This document shows, piece after piece, positions 9,355-17,438 of a stretch of 64,000 bases of DNA. Each line of letters starts with the position of its first letter. Positions within the stretch are counted from its first letter, which is position 1. The notes beneath the pieces are model-generated. The model made no database searches and had not been told where the DNA came from. It worked only from the letters and a program-made list of their open reading frames with translations. The translations under genes and the position numbers were made by a program. This DNA is from a virus, in the IMG/VR virus record IMGVR_UViG_3300044461_000051, positions 737 through 64,736 of that record; one strand, written 5' to 3'.

Positions 9355-9528
9355 ATGCTGAACTACTGCCGCGGCGGATTCGGGGTGCCCTCGCAGGGCG
9401 GGGCACGTTGGGCCAACTACGCTGTGTGTGAAGTCTGCGGTAAGCGTGTGCAAGTCACGCAGTCGGGACGACTGCGCGCGCACGGGACGACACGCACAGC
9501 ACCTACCACTGAGAAAGGGAAGAAATGA
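9355..9528 (+). CDS. Small Zn-ribbon-like protein (57 aa)
   Basis: Below track cutoff; MLNYC...CEVC...AH; fills the gap and couples to the next gene via ATGA. Confidence 0.5.
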   Translation: MLNYCRGGFGVPSQGGARWANYAVCEVCGKRVQVTQSGRLRAHGTTRTAPTTEKGKK

Positions 9529-9728
9529 AGATCAACCTCACCGACAGCCAGTTCAACACGCTGCTGACCGCGCTCGTCGCGGCGCAAGATCAGTTCTACA
9601 CAGACGCGCACGCGAGCGACGCAGCGAACCTGCCGCGACTCGGCGAGCAGTTCCGCCGCCAGGCGGACGAAGCTCGTGCGCTGTTCCGGTACATCGCGAG
9701 TCAAGAGAGCGAGGTCACCCATGTCTAA
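9525..9728 (+). CDS. Hypothetical protein (67 aa)
   Basis: Start-associated motif plus SD. Confidence 0.7.
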   Translation: MKINLTDSQFNTLLTALVAAQDQFYTDAHASDAANLPRLGEQFRRQADEARALFRYIASQESEVTHV

Positions 9729-9960
9729 GCGTCAACCCGTCGTCGAGTTCGACTCCACCCCATTCGAATTCAGCCACGGGCGCTGCCCGAAGGGGCGCGG
9801 CTCGTGGGCGTTCAGCGTCGAGCGCAATCCCGATGTCACGTCGCCGGCCGTGCTGTTCTCCCCGTCGATGACGTACGGCGAGGCGAAGCGCTTCGCCCGC
9901 GAGCACTTCCGCAAGCTCGCGTCCCACGAGTCACACATCACGCTGTACGTTCTCAGCTAG
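9721..9960 (+). CDS. Hypothetical protein (79 aa)
   Basis: SD GAGG before ATG 9721. Confidence 0.65.
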   Translation: MSKRQPVVEFDSTPFEFSHGRCPKGRGSWAFSVERNPDVTSPAVLFSPSMTYGEAKRFAREHFRKLASHESHITLYVLS

Positions 9961-9970
9961 GGGTCCATAG

Positions 9971-10009
9971 GACAGCGCACAGCGCTGTCTCCTGCGTCTC
10001 TAGCGCAGG
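9971..10009. promoter_or_regulatory. Twin palindromes/hairpins
   Basis: GACAGCGC-ACA-GCGCTGTC (9971-9989) and CCTGCG-TCTCTAG-CGCAGG (9991-10009) in an intergenic gap. Confidence 0.45.
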
Positions 10010-10035
10010 CTCACAACTCAGAAAGGAAGGACAGA

Positions 10036-10290
10036 ATGTTCAAACACACTCCCTGGCGCGTCACCGAACGCAGTGGGGCAATCCGCGGCCTCGACATCAT
10101 GTGCGGCAACATTCGCATCGCCGCTGTCAGCATCGCAAACCCAAAGGCTGCCAAGCATGCTGTGTTAATCGCTGCTGCGCCTGACCTGCTGGGCGCGCTG
10201 CGTGAGGCGCGCCACTTCGTCGGCTCTGAGAGTTTCAACCTGCGCCTGATGAACGAAATCGACGCCATTCTTGCCAAGTTGGAGGGATAA
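10036..10290 (+). CDS. Phage KHTP-W / LIAAAPDLL family hypothetical protein
   Basis: Characteristic motifs; start-associated motif. Confidence 0.7.
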   Translation: MFKHTPWRVTERSGAIRGLDIMCGNIRIAAVSIANPKAAKHAVLIAAAPDLLGALREARHFVGSESFNLRLMNEIDAILAKLEG

Positions 10291-10292
10291 TC

Positions 10293-11762
10293 ATGACGTT
10301 CATCCCCTCCCCGCAACAGGCTGCCTTCTTCGAATGGGTGCAGCACGGCGAAGGCTCGTGTGTGCTCGAGGCTGTCGCCGGCTCCGGCAAGACCACGACG
10401 CTGATCGAAGCGCTGAAGCTGATGAAGGGCCAAGTGTTCTTCGGCGCCTACAACAAGAAGATTGCCGAAGAGATCGCCGCCCGCGCGCCCAAGACCCCGG
10501 GTCTGTTCATCAGCACCATGCACGCTGCGGGCTTCCGCGCGTGGCGTCGTGCTGCAGCCGGCGTGCAAGTCAACAGCACGAAGTGCCGCGGCCTGTTCCG
10601 CCAGCTGAACATCGCGCAGGAGCTTGAGGCGCCGACACTCGCGCTCGTCAGCTACGCGAAGCAAGCGGCAGCCGGCGTCACGACGCAGACGATCAGCGAA
10701 GCGTTCTGGCACGACACCATCGAGCACTTCGACGTCGACACGCTCGACCGTGACGCCGAAGTCATCGAGGCTGCGCTCGCTGTGCTGTCGCGCTCGCAAG
10801 AGACCGACCACATCGAAGTCGACTTCGATGACATGATCTATGCGCCCCTGTTCCACCGGGCGCGCATGTTCGAACACGACTGGGTGTTGATTGACGAGGC
10901 GCAAGACACCAACGCAGCCCGTCGTGCGCTGGCGCTGCGGCTTCTGCGTCGCGGCGGCCGGCTTGTAGCGGTCGGCGATCGTCATCAGGCCATCTACGGG
11001 TTCACGGGCGCTGACGCTGACGCGCTCGACCTCATCGCCCAAGCAGTGTCCGCGGCGCCGATGCCCCTGACGGTGACGTATCGCTGCCCGAAGGCTGTCG
11101 TGCGGTGCGCGCACCAGTGGGTGCAGCACATCGAGGCGCACGAGAGCGCCCCGGAAGGGCGCGTGTCGAGCGTCCCCGCAACTCAGCCGCTCGTCGGGCT
11201 CGTGCAGCCCGGTGACGCGATCTTGTCACGCTTCAACGCCCCGCTCCTCGGGCTCGTCTACAAGTTCATTGCAGCCGGCGTCCCCGCGCAGATCGAAGGG
11301 CGCGAGATCGCTGTTGGACTCAAGCAGCTCGCACGTCGCTGGCGCGTCAAGTCATTCGACAAGCTGCTCGACCGTCTTGAGACCTACGTCGAGCGCGAAG
11401 TCGCCAAGTACCGTGCCAAAGAGCAAGAGTCACGTGCTGCAGCGATCGAAGACAAGGCCGAGTGCCTGCGCGTGCTAATCGATCGCGTGCAGCGTATCGA
11501 CCCGAGCCCGCTCGATGTCGTGCAGCGCTTGTGTGATGAGATCGACCAGCTGTTCGGCGACACGAGCAACGGGCAAAGCGCTGCGCTCGTGCTGCTGTCG
11601 ACGATTCACAAGAGCAAGGGTCGCGAGTGGGAACACGTGTTCTGGCTGCAGACGGGCCCGAGCAAGTGGGCACGCAAAGCGTGGGAGCTGGAGCAGGAGT
11701 CCAATCTCTGCTACGTCGCCGCGACGCGCGCCAAGTCTGAACTGTTCTTGGTGGGGCTGTGA
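10293..11762 (+). CDS. Second UvrD/Rep-like SF1 helicase
   Basis: AVAGSGKTT, DFDDMI, IDEAQD, VGDRHQAIYGF, TYRCP, STIHKSKGREW, YVAATRAK. Confidence 0.9.
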   Translation: MTFIPSPQQAAFFEWVQHGEGSCVLEAVAGSGKTTTLIEALKLMKGQVFFGAYNKKIAEEIAARAPKTPGLFISTMHAAGFRAWRRAAAGVQVNSTKCRGLFRQLNIAQELEAPTLALVSYAKQAAAGVTTQTISEAFWHDTIEHFDVDTLDRDAEVIEAALAVLSRSQETDHIEVDFDDMIYAPLFHRARMFEHDWVLIDEAQDTNAARRALALRLLRRGGRLVAVGDRHQAIYGFTGADADALDLIAQAVSAAPMPLTVTYRCPKAVVRCAHQWVQHIEAHESAPEGRVSSVPATQPLVGLVQPGDAILSRFNAPLLGLVYKFIAAGVPAQIEGREIAVGLKQLARRWRVKSFDKLLDRLETYVEREVAKYRAKEQESRAAAIEDKAECLRVLIDRVQRIDPSPLDVVQRLCDEIDQLFGDTSNGQSAALVLLSTIHKSKGREWEHVFWLQTGPSKWARKAWELEQESNLCYVAATRAKSELFLVGL

Positions 11763-11857
11763 TGGTGAGAGCGTTTCTGTGCTGGGTCTGCACGCTCGCA
11801 GTGTGTGCGGTCGTGTGGGTGGGTATCGTGAAGTTTCTGTTGACGTTCAACAACTGA
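11762..11857 (+). CDS. Small single-TM peptide (31 aa)
   Basis: MVRAFLCWVCTLAVCAVVWVGIVKFLLTFNN; TGATG coupling to the helicase stop. Confidence 0.45.
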   Translation: MVRAFLCWVCTLAVCAVVWVGIVKFLLTFNN

Positions 11858-11870
11858 GAAAGGGTGACAG

Positions 11871-12143
11871 ATGAACAAGCACACACCGGGACCGTGGAAG
11901 CAAGACACGTTAGGGCGCACGACTGTCTGGGCGCCCGGCGCCGGCAAGAATGCTGTGGCAGTGTGTCAGGGGCTTGAGCGTGACGAGAACATTGCCAACG
12001 CTCGCTTGATCGCTGCGGCGCCGGAACTGTACGCGGCGCTGCGCGATGCGCTCGACGCACTCAAGACTGGGACGGCTGAATCTGCCGCAGCCGTGCTGAT
12101 AGATGCTGGCCGCGCTGCGCTCGCGAAGGTGGAGGGCGCATGA
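11871..12143 (+). CDS. Phage KHTPGPW / NARLIAAAPEL family hypothetical protein
   Basis: Characteristic motifs; start-associated motif. Confidence 0.75.
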   Translation: MNKHTPGPWKQDTLGRTTVWAPGAGKNAVAVCQGLERDENIANARLIAAAPELYAALRDALDALKTGTAESAAAVLIDAGRAALAKVEGA

Positions 12144-12382
12144 CCACGCGCATTCGCAAGACCGTCAAACGCGTCACGCTGACGCCGCTGGCTAACTACG
12201 GCGCCGACCGCAAGCTCATCGTGGTGTCGATTCAGCCCGGCGACGTGCTGGGCTTTCGTCTGCTGCGCTCGCGTCGCGAGTACCTTCTGTCGATCGGCGA
12301 GGCGATGCGGTACGCGATACGCCTCGAAGTCAACCGCAAGCGAGCTGAGAAGATCGCCGCGCGCAAAACGAAGAAAGGGTAG
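12140..12382 (+). CDS. Basic hypothetical protein
   Basis: ATGA overlap; K/R-rich. Confidence 0.65.
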   Translation: MTTRIRKTVKRVTLTPLANYGADRKLIVVSIQPGDVLGFRLLRSRREYLLSIGEAMRYAIRLEVNRKRAEKIAARKTKKG

Positions 12383-12384
12383 CC

Positions 12385-12639
12385 ATGTCGCAATACGACG
12401 AACTGGTCGATCATGCCCACACGCTTGCCACGGGGCTGCTGCTGGGTTCGAAGTCGTGGCTGGGTGAGCTTAAGGACTTTGACGAACGCGAGGCAATACT
12501 CCTCGGCTTCGATCTGATGCACATCGCTGCGGAGGAGCAGTGCTCGCTGATCAAGGCGGCGAAGATTCTGCTCAAGCGCATCAACCCCGCGTCGCTCGAC
12601 GGCTACGTGCGCACGCTGCGCAAAGAGGGGGTGGGATGA
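12385..12639 (+). CDS. Hypothetical protein
   Basis: SD AAGGG; operonic. Confidence 0.65.
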   Translation: MSQYDELVDHAHTLATGLLLGSKSWLGELKDFDEREAILLGFDLMHIAAEEQCSLIKAAKILLKRINPASLDGYVRTLRKEGVG

Positions 12640-13040
12640 TCACTGCACGCAAGCACGGCGGCGACGATCGCGCGTCGTGGGCAGTGTTCATCGACGGGCG
12701 CGTGTACGTCTCAGGTCTTGAGCGTCACGAGGTCGCCTACTACAAACGCATGGCACAGGAGACAGTCATGAAGCAGAACGACGAGAAAGACGACAGCAGC
12801 TGGAACGTGCCCGAAGAGTTCGTGGGCGTCCGTGCCTGGGGCCGGTACCTGGGGTCCTTCGACTATTACATCGAGCAAGAGCAGCGCCGCGCGGTGCGTA
12901 CGCAGGCGCCGATTGACGCTCTCTACTACGACGACAAGAAGAAAGCGTGGGTGTGCGTCGACTCGCTGTCCCCGACCCACCCGTTCCGTGAAGTGTACCG
13001 ACTCGCTGTCGAGGCGCGTCAGGCTCAACTGCGGGGTTGA
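12636..13040 (+). CDS. Hypothetical protein
   Basis: ATGA overlap at 12636 with SD GAGGGGG. Confidence 0.65.
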   Translation: MITARKHGGDDRASWAVFIDGRVYVSGLERHEVAYYKRMAQETVMKQNDEKDDSSWNVPEEFVGVRAWGRYLGSFDYYIEQEQRRAVRTQAPIDALYYDDKKKAWVCVDSLSPTHPFREVYRLAVEARQAQLRG

Positions 13041-13041
13041 C

Positions 13042-13284
13042 ATGAAAACACCCTACCCGATCAGTGAGTGCAGCGTGCGCCCCTTTCATCTGTGGGACGC
13101 GAACGAGAAACGCGCGCTGCGTTGGCGCTATTACAGTGACCCGAAACGCGCGCACATGGGCGCGCTGATCGAAGCCCGTTGGGCTGCGGTCGGCAAGACC
13201 ATCGAAGTGTTCAGCGCGACGAACGGCAAGCTGCTGGGCCAGTACACGCGACGCCACAACCGCATCGACTTCACCGGAGCATGA
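13042..13284 (+). CDS. Hypothetical protein (80 aa)
   Basis: ATG directly after the previous stop. Confidence 0.65.
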   Translation: MKTPYPISECSVRPFHLWDANEKRALRWRYYSDPKRAHMGALIEARWAAVGKTIEVFSATNGKLLGQYTRRHNRIDFTGA

Positions 13285-13520
13285 TCATGGGACAAAAGTG
13301 GAGCAAGGAACAGACATTGAAGTTCCAGCGCACGATGAGAGCCAAAGCTAAACAACGAGCAGCGGCGGCGCGCGCGACAACAAGCATCCCGCTCGACACG
13401 ATCCCCGACAAGTCGCCCAAGCTGCGCCCCTCACGGGCAAAGGGCAACGAGTCGATTCAAATGGCGCGGCTCAATGTCGCGCTGGAACTTACGCGCATCC
13501 TGCGCACGTTGCTGGTCTAG
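13281..13520 (+). CDS. Basic hypothetical protein
   Basis: ATGA overlap; SD GGAG. Confidence 0.6.
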   Translation: MIMGQKWSKEQTLKFQRTMRAKAKQRAAAARATTSIPLDTIPDKSPKLRPSRAKGNESIQMARLNVALELTRILRTLLV

Positions 13521-13530
13521 GGGAGGGATC

Positions 13531-13788
13531 ATGGCAATCATCAAAGGCTGGGCACTGAAGCCCCATCTCGCGAAACCTCGTACCGTGCGCATCGCATCGA
13601 CGGGCCTGCGCTTCCTCGGCATGATGTCGCCGCCCATGGATGTGCAGATCACGTTCATCGACGAAGCGAGGCGCGAGCTTATCGAAGTCTACCTGACGAA
13701 CGAAGCCGAGGCGCGCAACGTCGTGCAGATCCTTAACGACTTTCTCGCCCGTCGTGCGAGCGTCACTAACGCCACCAGGAGCAACTAG
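13531..13788 (+). CDS. Hypothetical protein
   Basis: SD GGGAGGG before ATG 13531. Confidence 0.65.
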   Translation: MAIIKGWALKPHLAKPRTVRIASTGLRFLGMMSPPMDVQITFIDEARRELIEVYLTNEAEARNVVQILNDFLARRASVTNATRSN

Positions 13789-13789
13789 C

Positions 13790-14782
13790 ATGGCACACGA
13801 GATCGACATGAGCAACGGGCGCGCCAACATGGCCTACGTCGGTGAGGTTCCTTGGCACGGGCTGGGCAGCGAGCTGCAGGAGGGCGCGAGCATCGACGAA
13901 TGGCTCGTCGCTGCGGGGATGAACTTCACGCTGCACATGCACCCCGTGATGTACTACAACCCGAAAATCAACGCCATGCGCGTCGTCGATGACCGCCGTG
14001 TGATCGTGCGCGACGACACGCACGAGGCCCTAAGCGTCACGAGCGCCACCTATGAACTCGTGCAGCCGCGCGACGTTCTGGAGTTCTACCGCGATCTTGT
14101 CAGCGCTGCGGGCTTTCGTCTCAACACGGCCGGCGTGCTGCGCGGAGGGCGCAAGTATTGGGCGCTTGCTGAGTTAGGCGAGGAGGCTATGATCGGTGTG
14201 GGCGTCGACAAGATGAAGGGCTATCTGCTGCTGGCAACGAGCTGCGACATGAGCCTCGCGAGCACGGGGATGTTCACCGGCGTTCGTGTCGTCTGCGCCA
14301 ATACGTTGAGCTTCGCGGTCACGGGTGCTGAAGGCGATGCCAAGCGACACGTGAAAGTGCCGCACAGCAGAGTGTTCAACCCCGCGCAAGTCAAGGCGCA
14401 ATTGGGCATCGCGAGTGCCAGCTGGCACGCGTTCATCGAGCAATCGCGCAAGCTCGCCGAGACGGACGTCGAGAAGGTGCAAGCGGTCGAGTGGCTTGCA
14501 CGCGTGTTCGGCGACGCTGAGAAAACAGCCGCGGAGCAAGACGCCTCGGCAACACGCACGATGCAGCGCGTCCTTGATCTCTTCAACGGAGCCGGGCGGG
14601 GAAGCGACTTGCCAACCGCTGCAGGTACAGCGTGGGGGCTCGTCAACGCAGCGACCGAGTACCTTGATCACCATCGCAACGAGCGCAGCCCCGGCAATCG
14701 TCTCGACCGCGCATGGTTTGGCGACGGGGCAGTGCTGAAGCAGCGTGCATGGGACGAAGCGCTTGCGCTCGTCACCGTTTGA
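13790..14782 (+). CDS. DUF932 / TIGR03299-like phage-plasmid protein
   Basis: PWHGLG N-terminus, RVVCANTL, GTAWGLVNAATEY, WFG; SD AGGAG. Confidence 0.8.
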   Translation: MAHEIDMSNGRANMAYVGEVPWHGLGSELQEGASIDEWLVAAGMNFTLHMHPVMYYNPKINAMRVVDDRRVIVRDDTHEALSVTSATYELVQPRDVLEFYRDLVSAAGFRLNTAGVLRGGRKYWALAELGEEAMIGVGVDKMKGYLLLATSCDMSLASTGMFTGVRVVCANTLSFAVTGAEGDAKRHVKVPHSRVFNPAQVKAQLGIASASWHAFIEQSRKLAETDVEKVQAVEWLARVFGDAEKTAAEQDASATRTMQRVLDLFNGAGRGSDLPTAAGTAWGLVNAATEYLDHHRNERSPGNRLDRAWFGDGAVLKQRAWDEALALVTV

Positions 14783-14806
14783 CGAAGTCTGTGGCCGTGA
14801 TATACA
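14779..14806 (+). promoter_or_regulatory. Sigma70-like promoter TTGACG-N16-TATACA with extended -10 TG
   Basis: Hexamers overlap the DUF932 stop; upstream of the modification/polymerase operon. Confidence 0.5.
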
Positions 14807-14883
14807 GTTGTCTTTCGTCGGCGATTGTCGACGCTACCGCGGGCTTACCCCGCGTCACCAATGTAGGCAGAAAGGAAAACGCC

Positions 14884-15483
14884 ATGACGTACTACCTTAT
14901 CCACGACGTGACCCCGGTCGGTCGTTTCGATAGCAAAGCGGCAGCCGCCGCAGCCCGTGATGCCCTCGGCATCGAGCGCGACGCACTCATCGTGTCTTCG
15001 GTCGAAGACTTGACGGGCCTGAAGATCAGCGACATGCGGCTCATGCGTGCAGCGTTGCGTGTGCCGCGTCCCGTTAGCGACATGCGTGCTGCAGCGACGA
15101 AGCTCGCCGACAACGACCCCGACCTTGCCCGCCGCATCAAGGACAAGCCCGTCGCTGCACGCGCGCTGCTGAAGGCGCTTGAGGCACATGACTTCGTGCC
15201 CGTCTCGACAGCAGTGAAGAACGGCAAGAAGCCCGCCGCGAAGAAGAAGGAAGCCAAGGCGCGTCCCAGCGCCAAGCGTCACTTGCGCACGTTGTTTGCT
15301 CGCAAGGGCAGCGAGCACACGCTCGACGAGATGATGGCAGACGGCAGCGACAAGTTCACGCGCAGCGCTGTCATGACCGCCGTGAGCGATCTGAAGAACC
15401 CCAAGTATTGCGGCCCCGACGGCGAGATCACCATCGAGCGTCTGAAGGATCGCGAGGACAACGTCTACAAGCGTGTGGGGTAG
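14884..15483 (+). CDS. Lys/Ala-rich putative DNA-binding protein (possible C-terminal winged helix)
   Basis: SD AGAAAGGA; KKPAAKKKEAK linker; helical C-terminal domain. Confidence 0.55.
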   Translation: MTYYLIHDVTPVGRFDSKAAAAAARDALGIERDALIVSSVEDLTGLKISDMRLMRAALRVPRPVSDMRAAATKLADNDPDLARRIKDKPVAARALLKALEAHDFVPVSTAVKNGKKPAAKKKEAKARPSAKRHLRTLFARKGSEHTLDEMMADGSDKFTRSAVMTAVSDLKNPKYCGPDGEITIERLKDREDNVYKRVG

Positions 15484-15485
15484 CA

Positions 15486-16217
15486 ATGTTCGGCACGAAT
15501 CCCCTGCGACGCGTTGTCGTGGGGGCCGGTGACGAACTCGACGTCCAAGCCGTGTTCGGCACGATTCAGGGGGAGGGCCCGTTAGCGGGTTCTCCTTCTG
15601 TCTTTGTGCGTCTGTGGGGCTGCAATCTGCGCTGCCACTTCTGTGACACGGACTTCGAAAGCAGCACGTGGCGCCCGTCGCTCGACGAGCTGTTCGCACG
15701 CATCAAAGCTCAAGACGTTTGCGCCGACTTGATCGTGCTGACCGGCGGCGAGCCGCTGCGACAGCCGATTGGCAAGTTCATCGAGCGAGCCCTCGACAGC
15801 AGCTGGCGCGTGCAGATCGAGACGGCCGGCACTGTCTGGCCCGAGAGCATGTATAGCGACAGCGTGCAGCGTCGTCTGCATGAGGGCTCGCTGGTGCTCG
15901 TCTGTTCCCCTAAAACCGGGCGCGTCCACGCGCAGATCGAGCGCTGGTGTCGGCACTTCAAGTACATCACGTGTGCTGCTGACGACGGCCCGATTACCGC
16001 GGTACGTGAGTCAACACAGACGCGGGGGCTACGCGCCAAGCTGTACGTGCCCTTCAACGATGCGACGATCTGGCTGCAGCCGCGCATGGACTACACGCCC
16101 ACGGGTGCCGTTGACACCGTCGCCACCGAAGCGAACACGCAGCAGGCGGTACGCTTGTGCATGCGGTACGGGTATCGCCTGTCGCTTCAAACACACAAAC
16201 TCCTGGGGGTCGAATGA
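15486..16217 (+). CDS. queE: 7-carboxy-7-deazaguanine synthase (radical SAM)
   Basis: TIQGEG, FVRLWGCNLRCHFCDT (CxxxCxxC), TGGEP, IETAG, CSPK, SLQTHK. Confidence 0.93.
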   Translation: MFGTNPLRRVVVGAGDELDVQAVFGTIQGEGPLAGSPSVFVRLWGCNLRCHFCDTDFESSTWRPSLDELFARIKAQDVCADLIVLTGGEPLRQPIGKFIERALDSSWRVQIETAGTVWPESMYSDSVQRRLHEGSLVLVCSPKTGRVHAQIERWCRHFKYITCAADDGPITAVRESTQTRGLRAKLYVPFNDATIWLQPRMDYTPTGAVDTVATEANTQQAVRLCMRYGYRLSLQTHKLLGVE

Positions 16218-16984
16218 CGAGCGGTTCAGCGGTTGTCGTTTTGTCGGGCGGGCAGGACAGCACCACAGCCCTGTTCTGGGCCAAGGGCTTGTTCGATGAA
16301 CTTTACGCCATCACGTTTGACTACGGGCAGCGGCACAGCATTGAAGTCGATGCTGCCATGAAAGTCGCAAAGCTCGCCGGCGTCGCAAAGCACGAAGTGA
16401 TCGACTGCGCAGGCTTGCTGTGCAGCGCCAGCCCGTTGACGAGCAGCGCGCCGCTTGAGAAATATGCCGACTACAAGCAGATGGACAAAGTGATCGGCAA
16501 GCGTGTCGAGGTCACCTTCGTCCCGATGCGCAACACATTTTTCCTCACGCTCGCGATGAATCGTGCGGTCGCGTGGGGCGCTCGCCGTGTCGTCCTTGGC
16601 ATCTGTCAAGAAGATAATGCCAATTACCCTGACTGCACAGAGAGGTTCCGCGGCTCGTTCGAAACGATGACCAACATCTCTCTAGGGCGCCGTCTTCTCG
16701 CTGAACGTATCTGCCTCCTTGCGCCGTTGATGCACATGAGCAAGGCGCAGACGTGCCAACTTGCACACTCGATGCCCGACTGCTGGGAGGCGCTTGCTTA
16801 CACGCATACGTCCTACGACGGGCGGTACCCGCCGACCGACATGAATCACGCCAACGTGTTGCGGGCACACGGTTTTGAGCAAGCGGGCCTGCCCGACCCG
16901 CTCGTGCTGCGCGCCGTGCGTGAAGGGCTGATGGAGTTGCCCAACACAGACAACTATAGCGACTTTGTCGTGGCCCGAGGCTAG
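16214..16984 (+). CDS. queC: 7-cyano-7-deazaguanine (preQ0) synthase
   Basis: SGGQDS PP-loop, FDYGQRH, VPMRN, YPDC; the C-terminal Zn cysteines are absent. Confidence 0.9.
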   Translation: MTSGSAVVVLSGGQDSTTALFWAKGLFDELYAITFDYGQRHSIEVDAAMKVAKLAGVAKHEVIDCAGLLCSASPLTSSAPLEKYADYKQMDKVIGKRVEVTFVPMRNTFFLTLAMNRAVAWGARRVVLGICQEDNANYPDCTERFRGSFETMTNISLGRRLLAERICLLAPLMHMSKAQTCQLAHSMPDCWEALAYTHTSYDGRYPPTDMNHANVLRAHGFEQAGLPDPLVLRAVREGLMELPNTDNYSDFVVARG

Positions 16985-16985
16985 C

Positions 16986-17438
16986 ATGCCCATATACGCA
17001 TCGAGATACCACGACTTCACTAGCGGGCACCGCGTGCACAATCACGAGTCGAAGTGTGCTTACCTGCATGGGCACAACTATCGCGCCCACTTCACAGTGA
17101 CGCCCATCAAGGAGCTTGACGCACTAGGACGTGTCGTCGACTTCAGCGTTCTGCGCGTGACGCTTTGCGCGTGGCTAGAGTCTGCGTGGGACCACAGGTT
17201 TCTCGCGTGGGAACGCGACCCCGTGATGCGCGAGCTGTCACAACTGCAAACGTCCGAGGACGCCCGTCGCGTGCTCAGTGAGAGCATCGTCTGGGTGCCC
17301 TTCAATCCCACTGCAGAAAATATGTCCACATACTTGCTCAACGTCGTCGGCCCGCGTCTGTTGCAGAATACGAATGTGCGCCTGACGCGCGTCGTGCTCG
17401 AGGAGACGCGCAAGTGCAGTGCGGAGGCCTCGCTATGA
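16986..17438 (+). CDS. queD: 6-carboxy-5,6,7,8-tetrahydropterin synthase
   Basis: GHRV..HESKCAYLHGHNY, NPTAEN, ET motifs. Confidence 0.92.
   Translation: MPIYASRYHDFTSGHRVHNHESKCAYLHGHNYRAHFTVTPIKELDALGRVVDFSVLRVTLCAWLESAWDHRFLAWERDPVMRELSQLQTSEDARRVLSESIVWVPFNPTAENMSTYLLNVVGPRLLQNTNVRLTRVVLEETRKCSAEASL

Larger units (their letters stand above)
7671..11864 (+). repeat. Dispersed start-associated motif (C)AACT(C/G)AGAAAG
   Basis: Copies at 7892, 8196, 8489, 9508, 10014, 11851, each just before an ATG; identical 18-mer at 7671 and 7896; identical 16-mer at 8196 and 8489. Confidence 0.8.

Noticed and set aside
10011-11141. 376-aa minus-strand ORF opposite the early UvrD, and similar antisense ORFs throughout
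   Set aside because: No recognisable motifs; expected antisense shadows in a high-GC genome
7671-11864. Possible CRISPR array from the recurring AACT(C/G)AGAAAG motif
   Set aside because: Repeats are short, irregularly spaced by whole genes and non-palindromic; no cas genes
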